Below, in pieces: positions 1 through 8,960 of a stretch of DNA of 64,000 bases (positions within the stretch are counted from its first letter, which is position 1; every line of letters begins with the position of its first letter). The DNA is taken from the NCBI GenBank assembly GCA_947480015.1, contig CANKBS010000009.1, positions 3,255 through 67,254 on the forward strand. Reading direction: 5' to 3'. The DNA is from Sphingobacteriaceae bacterium. GTDB taxonomy: Bacteria > Bacteroidota > Bacteroidia > B-17B0 > Aurantibacillaceae. The notes below the pieces were generated by a model. It made no database searches. It was not told the DNA's origin and was given only the letters and a program-made list of their open reading frames with translations. The translations under genes were made by a program, and so were the position numbers.

Positions 1-1
1 C

Positions 2-1297
2 TTACAACGGGTGCCTATAGATATCGTGAATGCCGGTTCTATGACCAATCCGGCGGAAGTGCCCATTGTTTTAAATACGCCTTTTACACTTATTAAATCT
101 GTTAGTCAATCGGCTGTGCAGGACTACCATTTTTTTACTGAGAAGGAATTAAAAACACTTTACGATCCCATCTGGCAGTTTAAAGATTCGAGCTTTAAAA
201 AACAAAATGTGGTGGTTCTTATTCTCGAAAGTTTTTCGAAGGAATACACCAAACTGAGTCGCAACCGAAGCTTCACGCCCTTTCTGGATAGTTTGATGAA
301 TCAGTCTTTGGTATTTAGCAATGCCTTTTCAAACGGCACTAAATCCATCGAAGGCATTCCGGCTATATTATCTTCTTTGCCATCTTTAATGGAAAATCCT
401 TTTATCAATTCCATTTATGCCAATAACAATCAGAGTTCATTTGCCAGCATTTTAAAGAAGGAAGGGTATGAAACCGCCTTTTTTCACGGGGGAATAAACG
501 GCACCATGAATTTTGATGACTGGGCTGCCCTGGCCGGCTACGAGCAATATTACGGGCGGAACGAATACAACAATGAAAAAGATTTCGACGGCTTTTGGGG
601 CATTATGGATGAGCCCTTTTTACAATACAGTGTCAAACAAATGTCGGCCATGAAAGCACCTTTTCATACAGCTGTGTTTACATTAAGTTCCCATCACCCC
701 TATTATGTACCCGAAAAATATAAAAATAAATTTCCGAAGGGTCAGCTTGAAAACGCCCAATCGATAGGCTATGCAGACTATTCTTTGAACTTATTTTTTG
801 AAGCCGCTAAAAAAACAGACTGGTATAAAAACACCCTTTTTATTTTAACTGCCGATCATGCCAGCATTTCAGAGAGTAATTTTTACGGAAACATTGTGGG
901 TAATCTCACCATTCCCATTTTATTTTTTAAGCCCGATAATTCGTTGAAGGGCATAAACGATCAGGTATTTTCGCAGATCGACATTTTGCCGAGTGCTTTA
1001 AATTTACTGGGTTACAATAAATCGTTTTTTGCTTTTGGTGAACCATTTGGAAAAACAATGAAAGGCCATGATTATTTTTACCAGAACGGCACCCATTATT
1101 CGTATAGCGATTCGTTGGTTTTTTGTTACAATTTACCAAAACTGGGAAAGGTTTTTAACTACCGACGTGATAGCGACCTTGTTACAGACGTGGCAAGTTC
1201 TATCCCCGATCTGGATAGCCTCAACAGCCGTAAATTCAGGGCATTTATCCAAACTTATAATAACACCCTTATCCATAACAGCGGCTCGGTGAAATAA
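2..1297 (+). CDS. LTA synthase family / sulfatase-like protein (5'-truncated by window edge)
   Basis: Frame open from base 2; VVVLILESFS metal-binding motif, NGTKSIEG nucleophile region, TLSSHHPY and TADH motifs of the alkaline-phosphatase superfamily. Confidence 0.85.
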   Translation, partial: LQRVPIDIVNAGSMTNPAEVPIVLNTPFTLIKSVSQSAVQDYHFFTEKELKTLYDPIWQFKDSSFKKQNVVVLILESFSKEYTKLSRNRSFTPFLDSLMNQSLVFSNAFSNGTKSIEGIPAILSSLPSLMENPFINSIYANNNQSSFASILKKEGYETAFFHGGINGTMNFDDWAALAGYEQYYGRNEYNNEKDFDGFWGIMDEPFLQYSVKQMSAMKAPFHTAVFTLSSHHPYYVPEKYKNKFPKGQLENAQSIGYADYSLNLFFEAAKKTDWYKNTLFILTADHASISESNFYGNIVGNLTIPILFFKPDNSLKGINDQVFSQIDILPSALNLLGYNKSFFAFGEPFGKTMKGHDYFYQNGTHYSYSDSLVFCYNLPKLGKVFNYRRDSDLVTDVASSIPDLDSLNSRKFRAFIQTYNNTLIHNSGSVK

Positions 1298-1435
1298 ATC
1301 GTCTATTAAATAATAATATCTCTGTATATTCGTTATCGTATTAATTTTCTGGAAACTTTTAAAACATATCTTTTTGTTCTTTTAACCTGTTTCGTAACAG
1401 TTTCAAAATCACAAACTGCTACCATTTCGGGTATA

Positions 1436-3850
1436 GTGCGTGGTACCGATGAAGAACCGTTAGAAAAAGTAAGCATTGGAATCAAAGAAAACTCGAAGTT
1501 TTTCACCAACAGCGATGAAAATGGAAATTACAGCCTAAGTGTTGAAGCTAATAAAATCCTTACCCTTGTCTTTCACGATATCAGTTATGGTCTTACCTCC
1601 TATACCTTTATGGCTAAGCAGGGTGAGTTGATTAAGTATTCACCTATTTTAAAATTTAAAAATGAACTGGGTGAAGTTCAGGTAACCGATTTTAAAAAGC
1701 GTTCGGAAGAGGTAATTGTGATTGATCCGAAAGTGTTGACCAAACTCATTTCTCCAACCGGTAATATTGAAGATGTCATCAAAACCCAAATGGGTGTAAG
1801 CAGTAATAACGAATTAAGTAGCGGTTACAGTGTGCGTGGTGGGAATTTTGATGAGAACCTCATTTACGTCAACGATATTGAAGTATACCGTCCTTTTTTG
1901 GTGCGCAGTGGTCAGCAAGAAGGTTTAAGCTTTGCCAATCCGAACATGGTATCCAACATTAATTTCTCGGCCGGTGGTTTTGAAGCCAAGTATGGCGATA
2001 AGATGAGCAGTGTTTTGGATATCACCTACCGCAAGCCTTTAAAATTCGGAGGTTCGGCATCGGCCAGTTTTTTGGGTGGCAACGCGCAGTTAGAAGGTGT
2101 GAGTAAAAATCGCTTGATAGCCTGGAACATCGGGGCCCGCTACCGCACCAATACCTACCTATTAAAAAGTCTCGATACCCAAGGTGAGTACCGTCCCAGT
2201 GCTATGGATTTGCAAAGTTTTGTGACCTTTGAAGTAAATCCGAAATTACGAATTGAGTTTTTAGGAAACATTGCCAATAACAAATACCTGGTTATTCCTT
2301 CAACCCGCACCACCGATTTTGGTACCGTTAAAGATGCCTTACGTTTGACCATCTATTTTGACGGCCAGGAATTAATGCAGTATATGACCTATATGGGCGC
2401 CGTATCGGCAACATACCGACCGAATGCAAAAACCAAATTAAAATTCATCGCTTCTGCTTACCGTGCCAATGAAGAAGAAATTTACACCGTTAGGGGACAG
2501 TATTTTATTGATCAATTAGAAGCCGATTTAGGAAAACCTAATTTTGGACAGGTGGCGTTTAGACGTGGGGTTGGCACCTTTATTAATAACGGAAGAAATT
2601 ATTTAACGGCCAATGTTATTAATTTAGAACACAAAGGAAGTCGCACCATAAATAAAAACAACGAGGTACTTTGGGGCGCTCGCCAACAGATTGAAAAAAT
2701 AACCGACAAGCTGGGCGAATGGCGCACATCGGATTCTGCGGGCTTTAATGTTCCTTATAGTCCGAATGAAATTAATTTAACCGATGTATTTAAAACCAAT
2801 ATCACTTTACCCAGTTTGCGTTCGCAGGTTTATGCCCAATACAATTATAACAAGGTGTTAAAAGACTCATCTAACTTTAAATTTACCGGCGGTATACGCG
2901 GCAATTACTGGACCGTTAACGAACAAATTCTTATTTCACCCCGTGCTACCATTGCTTTTAAACCCAATTGGAAACGCGACTGGTTATTTAAATTGAGTGC
3001 CGGTGTTTATTACCAACCGCCGTTTTACCGCGAGTTACGAAATTTTGACGGTACCATTAACAAGGATGTGAAGGCGCAACGTTCCATTCACGTGGTACTA
3101 ACCTCCGATCATATTTTTAAAATGTGGGATCGTCCCTTTAAGTTTATTGTGGCCAATTACTATAAGCAACTCAACAGTTTAAACCCTTATGAAATTGATA
3201 ACGTGCGCATTCGTTACTTTGCCAATAACGATGCCAAGGGTTATGTGGTGGGAACCGATTTACGTATTAATGGTGAATTTGTAAAAGGTGTTGAAAGCTG
3301 GGCTACCATTGGTTTTTTAAGAACCTACGAATACTCAAAGGACAATATTCACTATGACTATTTTAACAAAGAAGGTGAAAACATTATTAGAGGCGTAACG
3401 TTTGATCAGGTTCGCACCGATAGTCAGCGTGTTGATCCGGGCTATATTCCCCGCCCTACCAACCAATTGGTAACCTTTGGTATGTTTTTTCAAGATCATT
3501 TACCAAAGTATCCGGGTATTAAATTTAATTTGAATTTACAATTTGGGAGTGGTTTACCATTTGGTCCACCCACACATTTGCGCTGGCAGCAGGTGCTTAA
3601 AATGCCACCCTATCGCAGGGCTGATGCCGGTTTAGCCTATAATATATTAAAAGAGAGCCGTGTCGTAAAACGCAAATCGGCCTTTGATCATTTAAAAGAA
3701 ATGTGGATTTATTTAGAGGTCTTTAATTTACTGCAAGTTCAAAATACGGTATCCTATACGTGGGTGCAAGATGTTACCGGACAGCGTTATGCCGTGCCCA
3801 ATTACCTCACCAATCGTCAGGTGAATGTGCGTTTGCAGATTAAGTTTTAA
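1436..3850 (+). CDS. TonB-dependent receptor with N-terminal carboxypeptidase-regulatory-like domain
   Basis: Plug motifs (YSVRGGNFDENLIYVNDIE, FSAGGFEAKYGDKMSSVLDI), C-terminal aromatic residue; frame extends upstream to a signal-peptide-like stretch near 1349, so the true start is probably earlier. Confidence 0.85.
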   Translation: MRGTDEEPLEKVSIGIKENSKFFTNSDENGNYSLSVEANKILTLVFHDISYGLTSYTFMAKQGELIKYSPILKFKNELGEVQVTDFKKRSEEVIVIDPKVLTKLISPTGNIEDVIKTQMGVSSNNELSSGYSVRGGNFDENLIYVNDIEVYRPFLVRSGQQEGLSFANPNMVSNINFSAGGFEAKYGDKMSSVLDITYRKPLKFGGSASASFLGGNAQLEGVSKNRLIAWNIGARYRTNTYLLKSLDTQGEYRPSAMDLQSFVTFEVNPKLRIEFLGNIANNKYLVIPSTRTTDFGTVKDALRLTIYFDGQELMQYMTYMGAVSATYRPNAKTKLKFIASAYRANEEEIYTVRGQYFIDQLEADLGKPNFGQVAFRRGVGTFINNGRNYLTANVINLEHKGSRTINKNNEVLWGARQQIEKITDKLGEWRTSDSAGFNVPYSPNEINLTDVFKTNITLPSLRSQVYAQYNYNKVLKDSSNFKFTGGIRGNYWTVNEQILISPRATIAFKPNWKRDWLFKLSAGVYYQPPFYRELRNFDGTINKDVKAQRSIHVVLTSDHIFKMWDRPFKFIVANYYKQLNSLNPYEIDNVRIRYFANNDAKGYVVGTDLRINGEFVKGVESWATIGFLRTYEYSKDNIHYDYFNKEGENIIRGVTFDQVRTDSQRVDPGYIPRPTNQLVTFGMFFQDHLPKYPGIKFNLNLQFGSGLPFGPPTHLRWQQVLKMPPYRRADAGLAYNILKESRVVKRKSAFDHLKEMWIYLEVFNLLQVQNTVSYTWVQDVTGQRYAVPNYLTNRQVNVRLQIKF

Positions 3851-3936
3851 TTTGTGAATAATATTTTCACTAAATGCTAATTTATTCTCGCCTAAGCAGT
3901 CTTTAAATTATTGCTTTTTTGTAATTTTGGTGGTCT

Positions 3937-4788
3937 ATGTTATCACTTAATCCGAAAGATTTAAGCATTCCGGTTTTGCAAAAATACCTGCAGAGCGCCA
4001 TTGCTCCTCGTCCCATTTGTTTTGCTAGTACCATTAATAAAAACAATGAGCCCAATCTGGCGCCGTTTAGTTTTTTTAATTTATTCTCTTCCAATCCACC
4101 CATAGCCGTGTTTTCGCCCGCATACAGTGGCAGAACCGGCGCTCCTAAAGACACGCTTTTAAATGTGTTGGAAGTGCCTGAAGTGGTTATTAATATGGTG
4201 AATTACGACATGGTGCAACAAACCTCCTTAGCTAGTTCACCCTTTGCTAAAGGCGTGAACGAATTTATCAAAGCCGGTTTTACCCCGATTGCTTCTGAAC
4301 TCATAAAACCCTTCCGTGTAAAGGAAAGTCCGGTACAATTCGAATGTAACGTTATTGAAGTTAAAGAATTGGGTAAAAATGGTGGAGCCGGAAATCTGGT
4401 TATTTGTGAAATCATTCGTATTCACATTAACGAGGCTGTTTTAAATGAAGAAAACAATATTGATACTAAAAAAATAGATTTGGTATCGCGCATGGGTGAT
4501 AACTGGTATTGCCGAGCTTCGGGTGATGCTTTGTTTGAAGTTAAAAAACCAATTACTACTATTGGCATTGGTATGGATCAGATTCCACATGCAATTCGTA
4601 ACTCAAACATATTAAGTGGGAATAATCTGGGTTTACTGGGTTCGGTAGATGAAATACCGAATGCAGAAGAAGTGGCCGCCTTTAAAAAAACACTCAAAAC
4701 TTTTGCCGGCCAAGAAGAACAACATCTCTACGCCAAAACCTTATTGGAAACCAATCACGTGAAGGAAGCCTGGATGGTATTGTTGTAA
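3937..4788 (+). CDS. Flavin reductase family protein (DIM6/NTAB)
   Basis: PRPICFASTI, NLAPFSFFN, VKESPVQFEC motifs. Confidence 0.88.
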   Translation: MLSLNPKDLSIPVLQKYLQSAIAPRPICFASTINKNNEPNLAPFSFFNLFSSNPPIAVFSPAYSGRTGAPKDTLLNVLEVPEVVINMVNYDMVQQTSLASSPFAKGVNEFIKAGFTPIASELIKPFRVKESPVQFECNVIEVKELGKNGGAGNLVICEIIRIHINEAVLNEENNIDTKKIDLVSRMGDNWYCRASGDALFEVKKPITTIGIGMDQIPHAIRNSNILSGNNLGLLGSVDEIPNAEEVAAFKKTLKTFAGQEEQHLYAKTLLETNHVKEAWMVLL

Positions 4789-5966
4789 TGAAGCGTTTTT
4801 TTTTAATATTCTTTTTTGGTCTTTTTCTCATAACCTCTGTGTTTTCACAAACCAAAGCGGTTGCCAATCCCTATTTGCGCATCGATCGTTTAATGGATAT
4901 TCCTAACGATTCCATAACGAGTTTGCCTGCACTTGGCGCCTACATCAATGCCACTTATGTAAGTGATTACGAGAAATCGCGGGCCATTTTTTACTGGATT
5001 ACACAAAACATTCGCTATGCACCGGAGTTGATGTACACCTTTACCAATAACGAAAACAAAAGTCGCTTGGCCAAAGATGTGTTTGAAAACAAAGCCGCCG
5101 TTTGCATTGGATTTGCGGTGCTTTACGACAGTTTATGTAAACTTACCCAGGTTCCATCCTATGTTGTATTAGGAAGTACCCGTCAGAGTTTTTTACCCAA
5201 TGTCATTGGTCATGCTTGGAATGCGGTGAAAGTGCTCGACGAATGGCAAATCATTGACGCTACCTGGGGCAGCGGTTATTTAAATGGCCAGTATTTTGTA
5301 AAAAGTCGAAACGATTATTACTTTTTTCCGGATGCTCAAAAACTCATCCTCACCCATTTGCCCTTAGATCCTATTTGGCAAATGCTTAACAAACCCTTAA
5401 GTCTTTACCAGTTTCATTCACAACTCCGTCCAACAAGCACGGTAGAATGGAATTACAACGATTCCATTAAACAATTTCTAAGCTCCGACGATTTGCATCA
5501 AATAAAAGCAACAGCCCGACGATTAGTTGCCTTTGGAAACAATTCGGAGGTGACCTCCAATTATTCTTTGTATTTAAAGGCTAAAGAATACGAAATTTAT
5601 CATGTTCGTATGAAACTGGCAGGGAAAAATTACAATAAAGCTGCTGATCAGTTTAATGTTTATATTGAATTCAAAAATCATCAATTTAGTCCGGTAAAAC
5701 CCGATAGTGCGCTTGCAAAAATGATTCCCGAGCTAACTAAGTTTTTAGTTGAATCGGAACATCATTATTCACTGGTAATCAATGAGATAACAGAGCCTGA
5801 CTACCTTGAAACCATCCATGCCAATCAAAAACAAATTAGTGACCTGAAAGCCAGGGCAGTTGAAGAGAAGAAATTTGTGGATAAATATTTGTCAACTAAA
5901 AAAAATAAACGCCGAGATTTGTTCTTTACTAAGATCTATACGATCAATGGCGTGCCTATAAAATAA
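4788..5966 (+). CDS. Secreted transglutaminase-like domain protein
   Basis: Signal peptide; Cys-His-Asp triad motifs AVCIGF, GHAWNAV, IDATWG. Confidence 0.8.
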   Translation: MKRFFLIFFFGLFLITSVFSQTKAVANPYLRIDRLMDIPNDSITSLPALGAYINATYVSDYEKSRAIFYWITQNIRYAPELMYTFTNNENKSRLAKDVFENKAAVCIGFAVLYDSLCKLTQVPSYVVLGSTRQSFLPNVIGHAWNAVKVLDEWQIIDATWGSGYLNGQYFVKSRNDYYFFPDAQKLILTHLPLDPIWQMLNKPLSLYQFHSQLRPTSTVEWNYNDSIKQFLSSDDLHQIKATARRLVAFGNNSEVTSNYSLYLKAKEYEIYHVRMKLAGKNYNKAADQFNVYIEFKNHQFSPVKPDSALAKMIPELTKFLVESEHHYSLVINEITEPDYLETIHANQKQISDLKARAVEEKKFVDKYLSTKKNKRRDLFFTKIYTINGVPIK

Positions 5967-5997
5967 TTTAAGAGAAAACTATAAATATATATATATC

Positions 5998-6396
5998 ATG
6001 GAAGTAACAGGAACACTAAAAGCGAAATTCGAAACGCAAAAAGTAAGCGATCGATTTCAAAAACGCGAATTTGTATTAACCACCGAAGCAAACACCCCTT
6101 ACCCACAACACGTAAGTTTTCAGGTGACTCAAGACAAATGCAGCATGTTAGATCAGTTTGCTGACGGGGAAGAATTAAAAGTACAATTTAACTTACGTGG
6201 CCGCGAATGGAATGGCCCGCAAGGCATTAAATATTTTAACACCCTCGAAGCTTGGAGAATTGAACGTTCACAAGGCGCTTCAGCAAGCCCACAAGCTTCA
6301 CAGAGTAGTCATCAGTCATCTAACAGCGGTGCCAGTGCACCATCGGCTCCGGTGTTTACAAGCAACCCGGCTGATAACGATGATCTGCCGTTCTAA
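5998..6396 (+). CDS. DUF3127 family protein (SSB-like OB fold with acidic DDLPF tail)
   Basis: FQKREFVL, YPQHVSFQ, FNLRGREW, YFNTLEAWRI motifs and C-terminal DDLPF. Confidence 0.85.
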   Translation: MEVTGTLKAKFETQKVSDRFQKREFVLTTEANTPYPQHVSFQVTQDKCSMLDQFADGEELKVQFNLRGREWNGPQGIKYFNTLEAWRIERSQGASASPQASQSSHQSSNSGASAPSAPVFTSNPADNDDLPF

Positions 6397-6403
6397 GTCA
6401 GAT

Positions 6404-6482
6404 CCAAGAGCCAAGAAACAAGAACCAAAAAGTAAGAGTTAGGAAAAATCATCCTGATTCTTGACTCTTGGTTCTTGATTCT
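6404..6482. repeat. Heptamer-unit inverted repeat (CCAAGAR-like units facing TCTTGRY units)
   Basis: Six forward 7-mers at 6404-6445 and four reverse-complement 7-mers at 6452-6479, intergenic. Confidence 0.6.
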
Positions 6483-6498
6483 TTAAATACCCCAACAT

Positions 6499-7527
6499 AT
6501 GAGTAAAAAATCATCAGTCCTATTAATTTATACCGGCGGAACCATTGGCATGATGCAGGATGTACGTAGCGGTGAATTAAGACCCTTTGATTTTAAAAGT
6601 CTCACCAAACAAATACCTGAACTAACCAAGTTCGATATTGAACTTTCTTCCATTGCCTTTAAACATCCTATCGATTCATCTAACATGCATCCCGATGTGT
6701 GGGTAGAATTGGCTACTATTATCAAAAATAATTACACCTCCTATGATGGCTTTGTGATTCTGCACGGCAGCGATACCATGAGTTTTACGGCTTCTGCCCT
6801 GAGTTTTATGCTTGAGAACCTTAACAAACCCGTGGTGCTTACTGGTTCACAATTACCCATAGGCATTATTCGCACCGATGGCAAAGAGAATTTAATCACT
6901 GCCATTGAAATAGCCGGCAGCAAACTAAAAGGTAAACCCTTGGTGAATGAGGTGTGCATTTATTTTGAATACAAACTCTACCGTGGAAACCGAACCTTTA
7001 AGTATAACAGTTCGCACTTTGACGCCTTTAAATCGCCCAACTACCCTGCCCTTGCTGAAGCCGGTGTTGATATCAGTTATAATAAAAACGCACTTTTAAA
7101 ACCCACAAAAAAAGCCCTTAAAATTCATACCGCTTTAAACAACGACATTGCCGTGTTAAAATTATTTCCGGGCATCAGTAAAAAAATCACTTCTGTCATT
7201 ATTAATACACCCGGCATTAAAGCCATTATCCTTGAAACTTTTGGAGCGGGCAATGCCACCACCGAAGACTGGTTTTTAAGTGAGATTAACCAAGCCATAA
7301 GTAAAGGCATTATTATACTAAACATTACCCAATGCCATGAGGGCAAGGTCATTCAAGGCATGTACGAAACCAGTTCAGCTTTAAAAAAAATGGGCGTGAT
7401 CAGCGGTGCCGATCTTACTTTTGAAAGTGCTATCACTAAACTCATGTTTTTACTGGGACAACAATTAAATCAAACACAATTAAAAAAACTCCTCCAAAGT
7501 AATTTACGCGGAGAATTAAGTAATTAA
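6499..7527 (+). CDS. ansA: Type I L-asparaginase
   Basis: YTGGTIGM and HGSDTM catalytic Thr motifs. Confidence 0.92.
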   Translation: MSKKSSVLLIYTGGTIGMMQDVRSGELRPFDFKSLTKQIPELTKFDIELSSIAFKHPIDSSNMHPDVWVELATIIKNNYTSYDGFVILHGSDTMSFTASALSFMLENLNKPVVLTGSQLPIGIIRTDGKENLITAIEIAGSKLKGKPLVNEVCIYFEYKLYRGNRTFKYNSSHFDAFKSPNYPALAEAGVDISYNKNALLKPTKKALKIHTALNNDIAVLKLFPGISKKITSVIINTPGIKAIILETFGAGNATTEDWFLSEINQAISKGIIILNITQCHEGKVIQGMYETSSALKKMGVISGADLTFESAITKLMFLLGQQLNQTQLKKLLQSNLRGELSN

Positions 7528-7534
7528 TCTACAT

Positions 7535-8905
7535 ATGAAAGTTTGTAAAAACATCCTCGAAACCATTGGTAATACGCCCATGGTAAAAATCAACAAGATC
7601 ACCAAAGACCTACCCTGCGACGTTTACGCCAAGGTAGAAACCTTTAATCCGGGTAATTCGATTAAAGATCGTATGGCCATTAAAATGATTGAAGATGCCG
7701 AAGCCGATGGTCGATTAAAACCGGGTGGCACTATTATTGAAGGAACCAGCGGTAATACCGGCATGGGTTTAGCCATTGGTGCGGTGATTAAGGGATACAA
7801 ATGTATTTTTACAACCACCGATAAACAAAGTAAAGAAAAAGTGGATGCCCTGCGCGCCTTTGGTGCCGAGGTAATTGTGTGCCCAACCGATGTTGATCCG
7901 GAAGATCCCCGCTCCTATTATTCGGTGTCGTCGCGTTTGGTGGAAGAAATTCCCAATGCCTGGAAACCGAATCAATACGATAATTTAAGTAATTCACAAG
8001 CGCATTACGAACAAACCGGTCCTGAAATCTGGGATCAAACCGATGGTAAAATCACCCATTTAGTGGTTGGTGTAGGCACCGGTGGAACTATTTGCGGTAC
8101 CGGTAAATTCTTAAAAGAAAAAAATCCGAACATTAAAATTTTAGGCATCGATACTTATGGTTCGGTATTTAAAAAATACAAAGAGACCGGCATTTTTGAT
8201 AAGAATGAAATTTACTCTTATATCACCGAAGGGATTGGAGAAGATTTTTTACCAAAAAATGTGGACTTTAACATCATCGATCATTTTGAAAAAGTTACGG
8301 ATAAAGATGCTGCAGTGATGACCCGTCGTATTCCCCGTGAAGAAGGAATCTTTGCCGGAAACAGCGCCGGATCGGCTATGGCCGGTTTATTACAAATGAA
8401 AAACATGTTTAAAAAAGGCGATGTGGTAGTGGTTATTTTTCATGATCACGGCACCCGTTATTTAGGTAAAATGTTTAACGATGACTGGATGCGTGAACGT
8501 CATTTTTTAGAAGTGACCAAACCCCGCGCCATTGATTTAATAGCAAATCACAAAAATCAAAAATTACTTACTGTGGATGTAAACGCCAATGTGAGTGATG
8601 CTTTGGACATCCTCAATAAATACAACATTTCACAAATTCCGGTTACAGAAAACGGCCATTTTGTGGGTTCTTTAAACGAGAGTTATTTATTTACCCGTTT
8701 AATTGAAGACATTGAAATTAAAAAACAACCGGTGAAACGTCTGATGCAATCGGCCTTCCCGATAGTGGGCGAAAAAGCACCCATTGAAGAAGTAAGCAAA
8801 CTCATTACCAAAGATAATAATGCCGTATTATTGCGCGACCTGGGAGGTAATATGCACATCATTACCAAACACGATATTATTGAAGCGGTTTCAAAAATGA
8901 GTTAA
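7535..8905 (+). CDS. Cystathionine beta-synthase / PLP-dependent cysteine synthase with C-terminal CBS pair
   Basis: NPGNSIKDR PLP lysine, GTSGNTG, GVGTGGT, C-terminal CBS domains. Confidence 0.9.
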   Translation: MKVCKNILETIGNTPMVKINKITKDLPCDVYAKVETFNPGNSIKDRMAIKMIEDAEADGRLKPGGTIIEGTSGNTGMGLAIGAVIKGYKCIFTTTDKQSKEKVDALRAFGAEVIVCPTDVDPEDPRSYYSVSSRLVEEIPNAWKPNQYDNLSNSQAHYEQTGPEIWDQTDGKITHLVVGVGTGGTICGTGKFLKEKNPNIKILGIDTYGSVFKKYKETGIFDKNEIYSYITEGIGEDFLPKNVDFNIIDHFEKVTDKDAAVMTRRIPREEGIFAGNSAGSAMAGLLQMKNMFKKGDVVVVIFHDHGTRYLGKMFNDDWMRERHFLEVTKPRAIDLIANHKNQKLLTVDVNANVSDALDILNKYNISQIPVTENGHFVGSLNESYLFTRLIEDIEIKKQPVKRLMQSAFPIVGEKAPIEEVSKLITKDNNAVLLRDLGGNMHIITKHDIIEAVSKMS

Positions 8906-8924
8906 GAATTTTTTCGTTTGAATT

Positions 8925-8956
8925 AAACCTGCTTTTAACCGAGGCAGGTTTTTTTA
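8925..8956. terminator. Intrinsic terminator between convergent genes
   Basis: AAACCTGC/GCAGGTTT stem followed by a T run. Confidence 0.75.
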
Positions 8957-8960
8957 TGCC

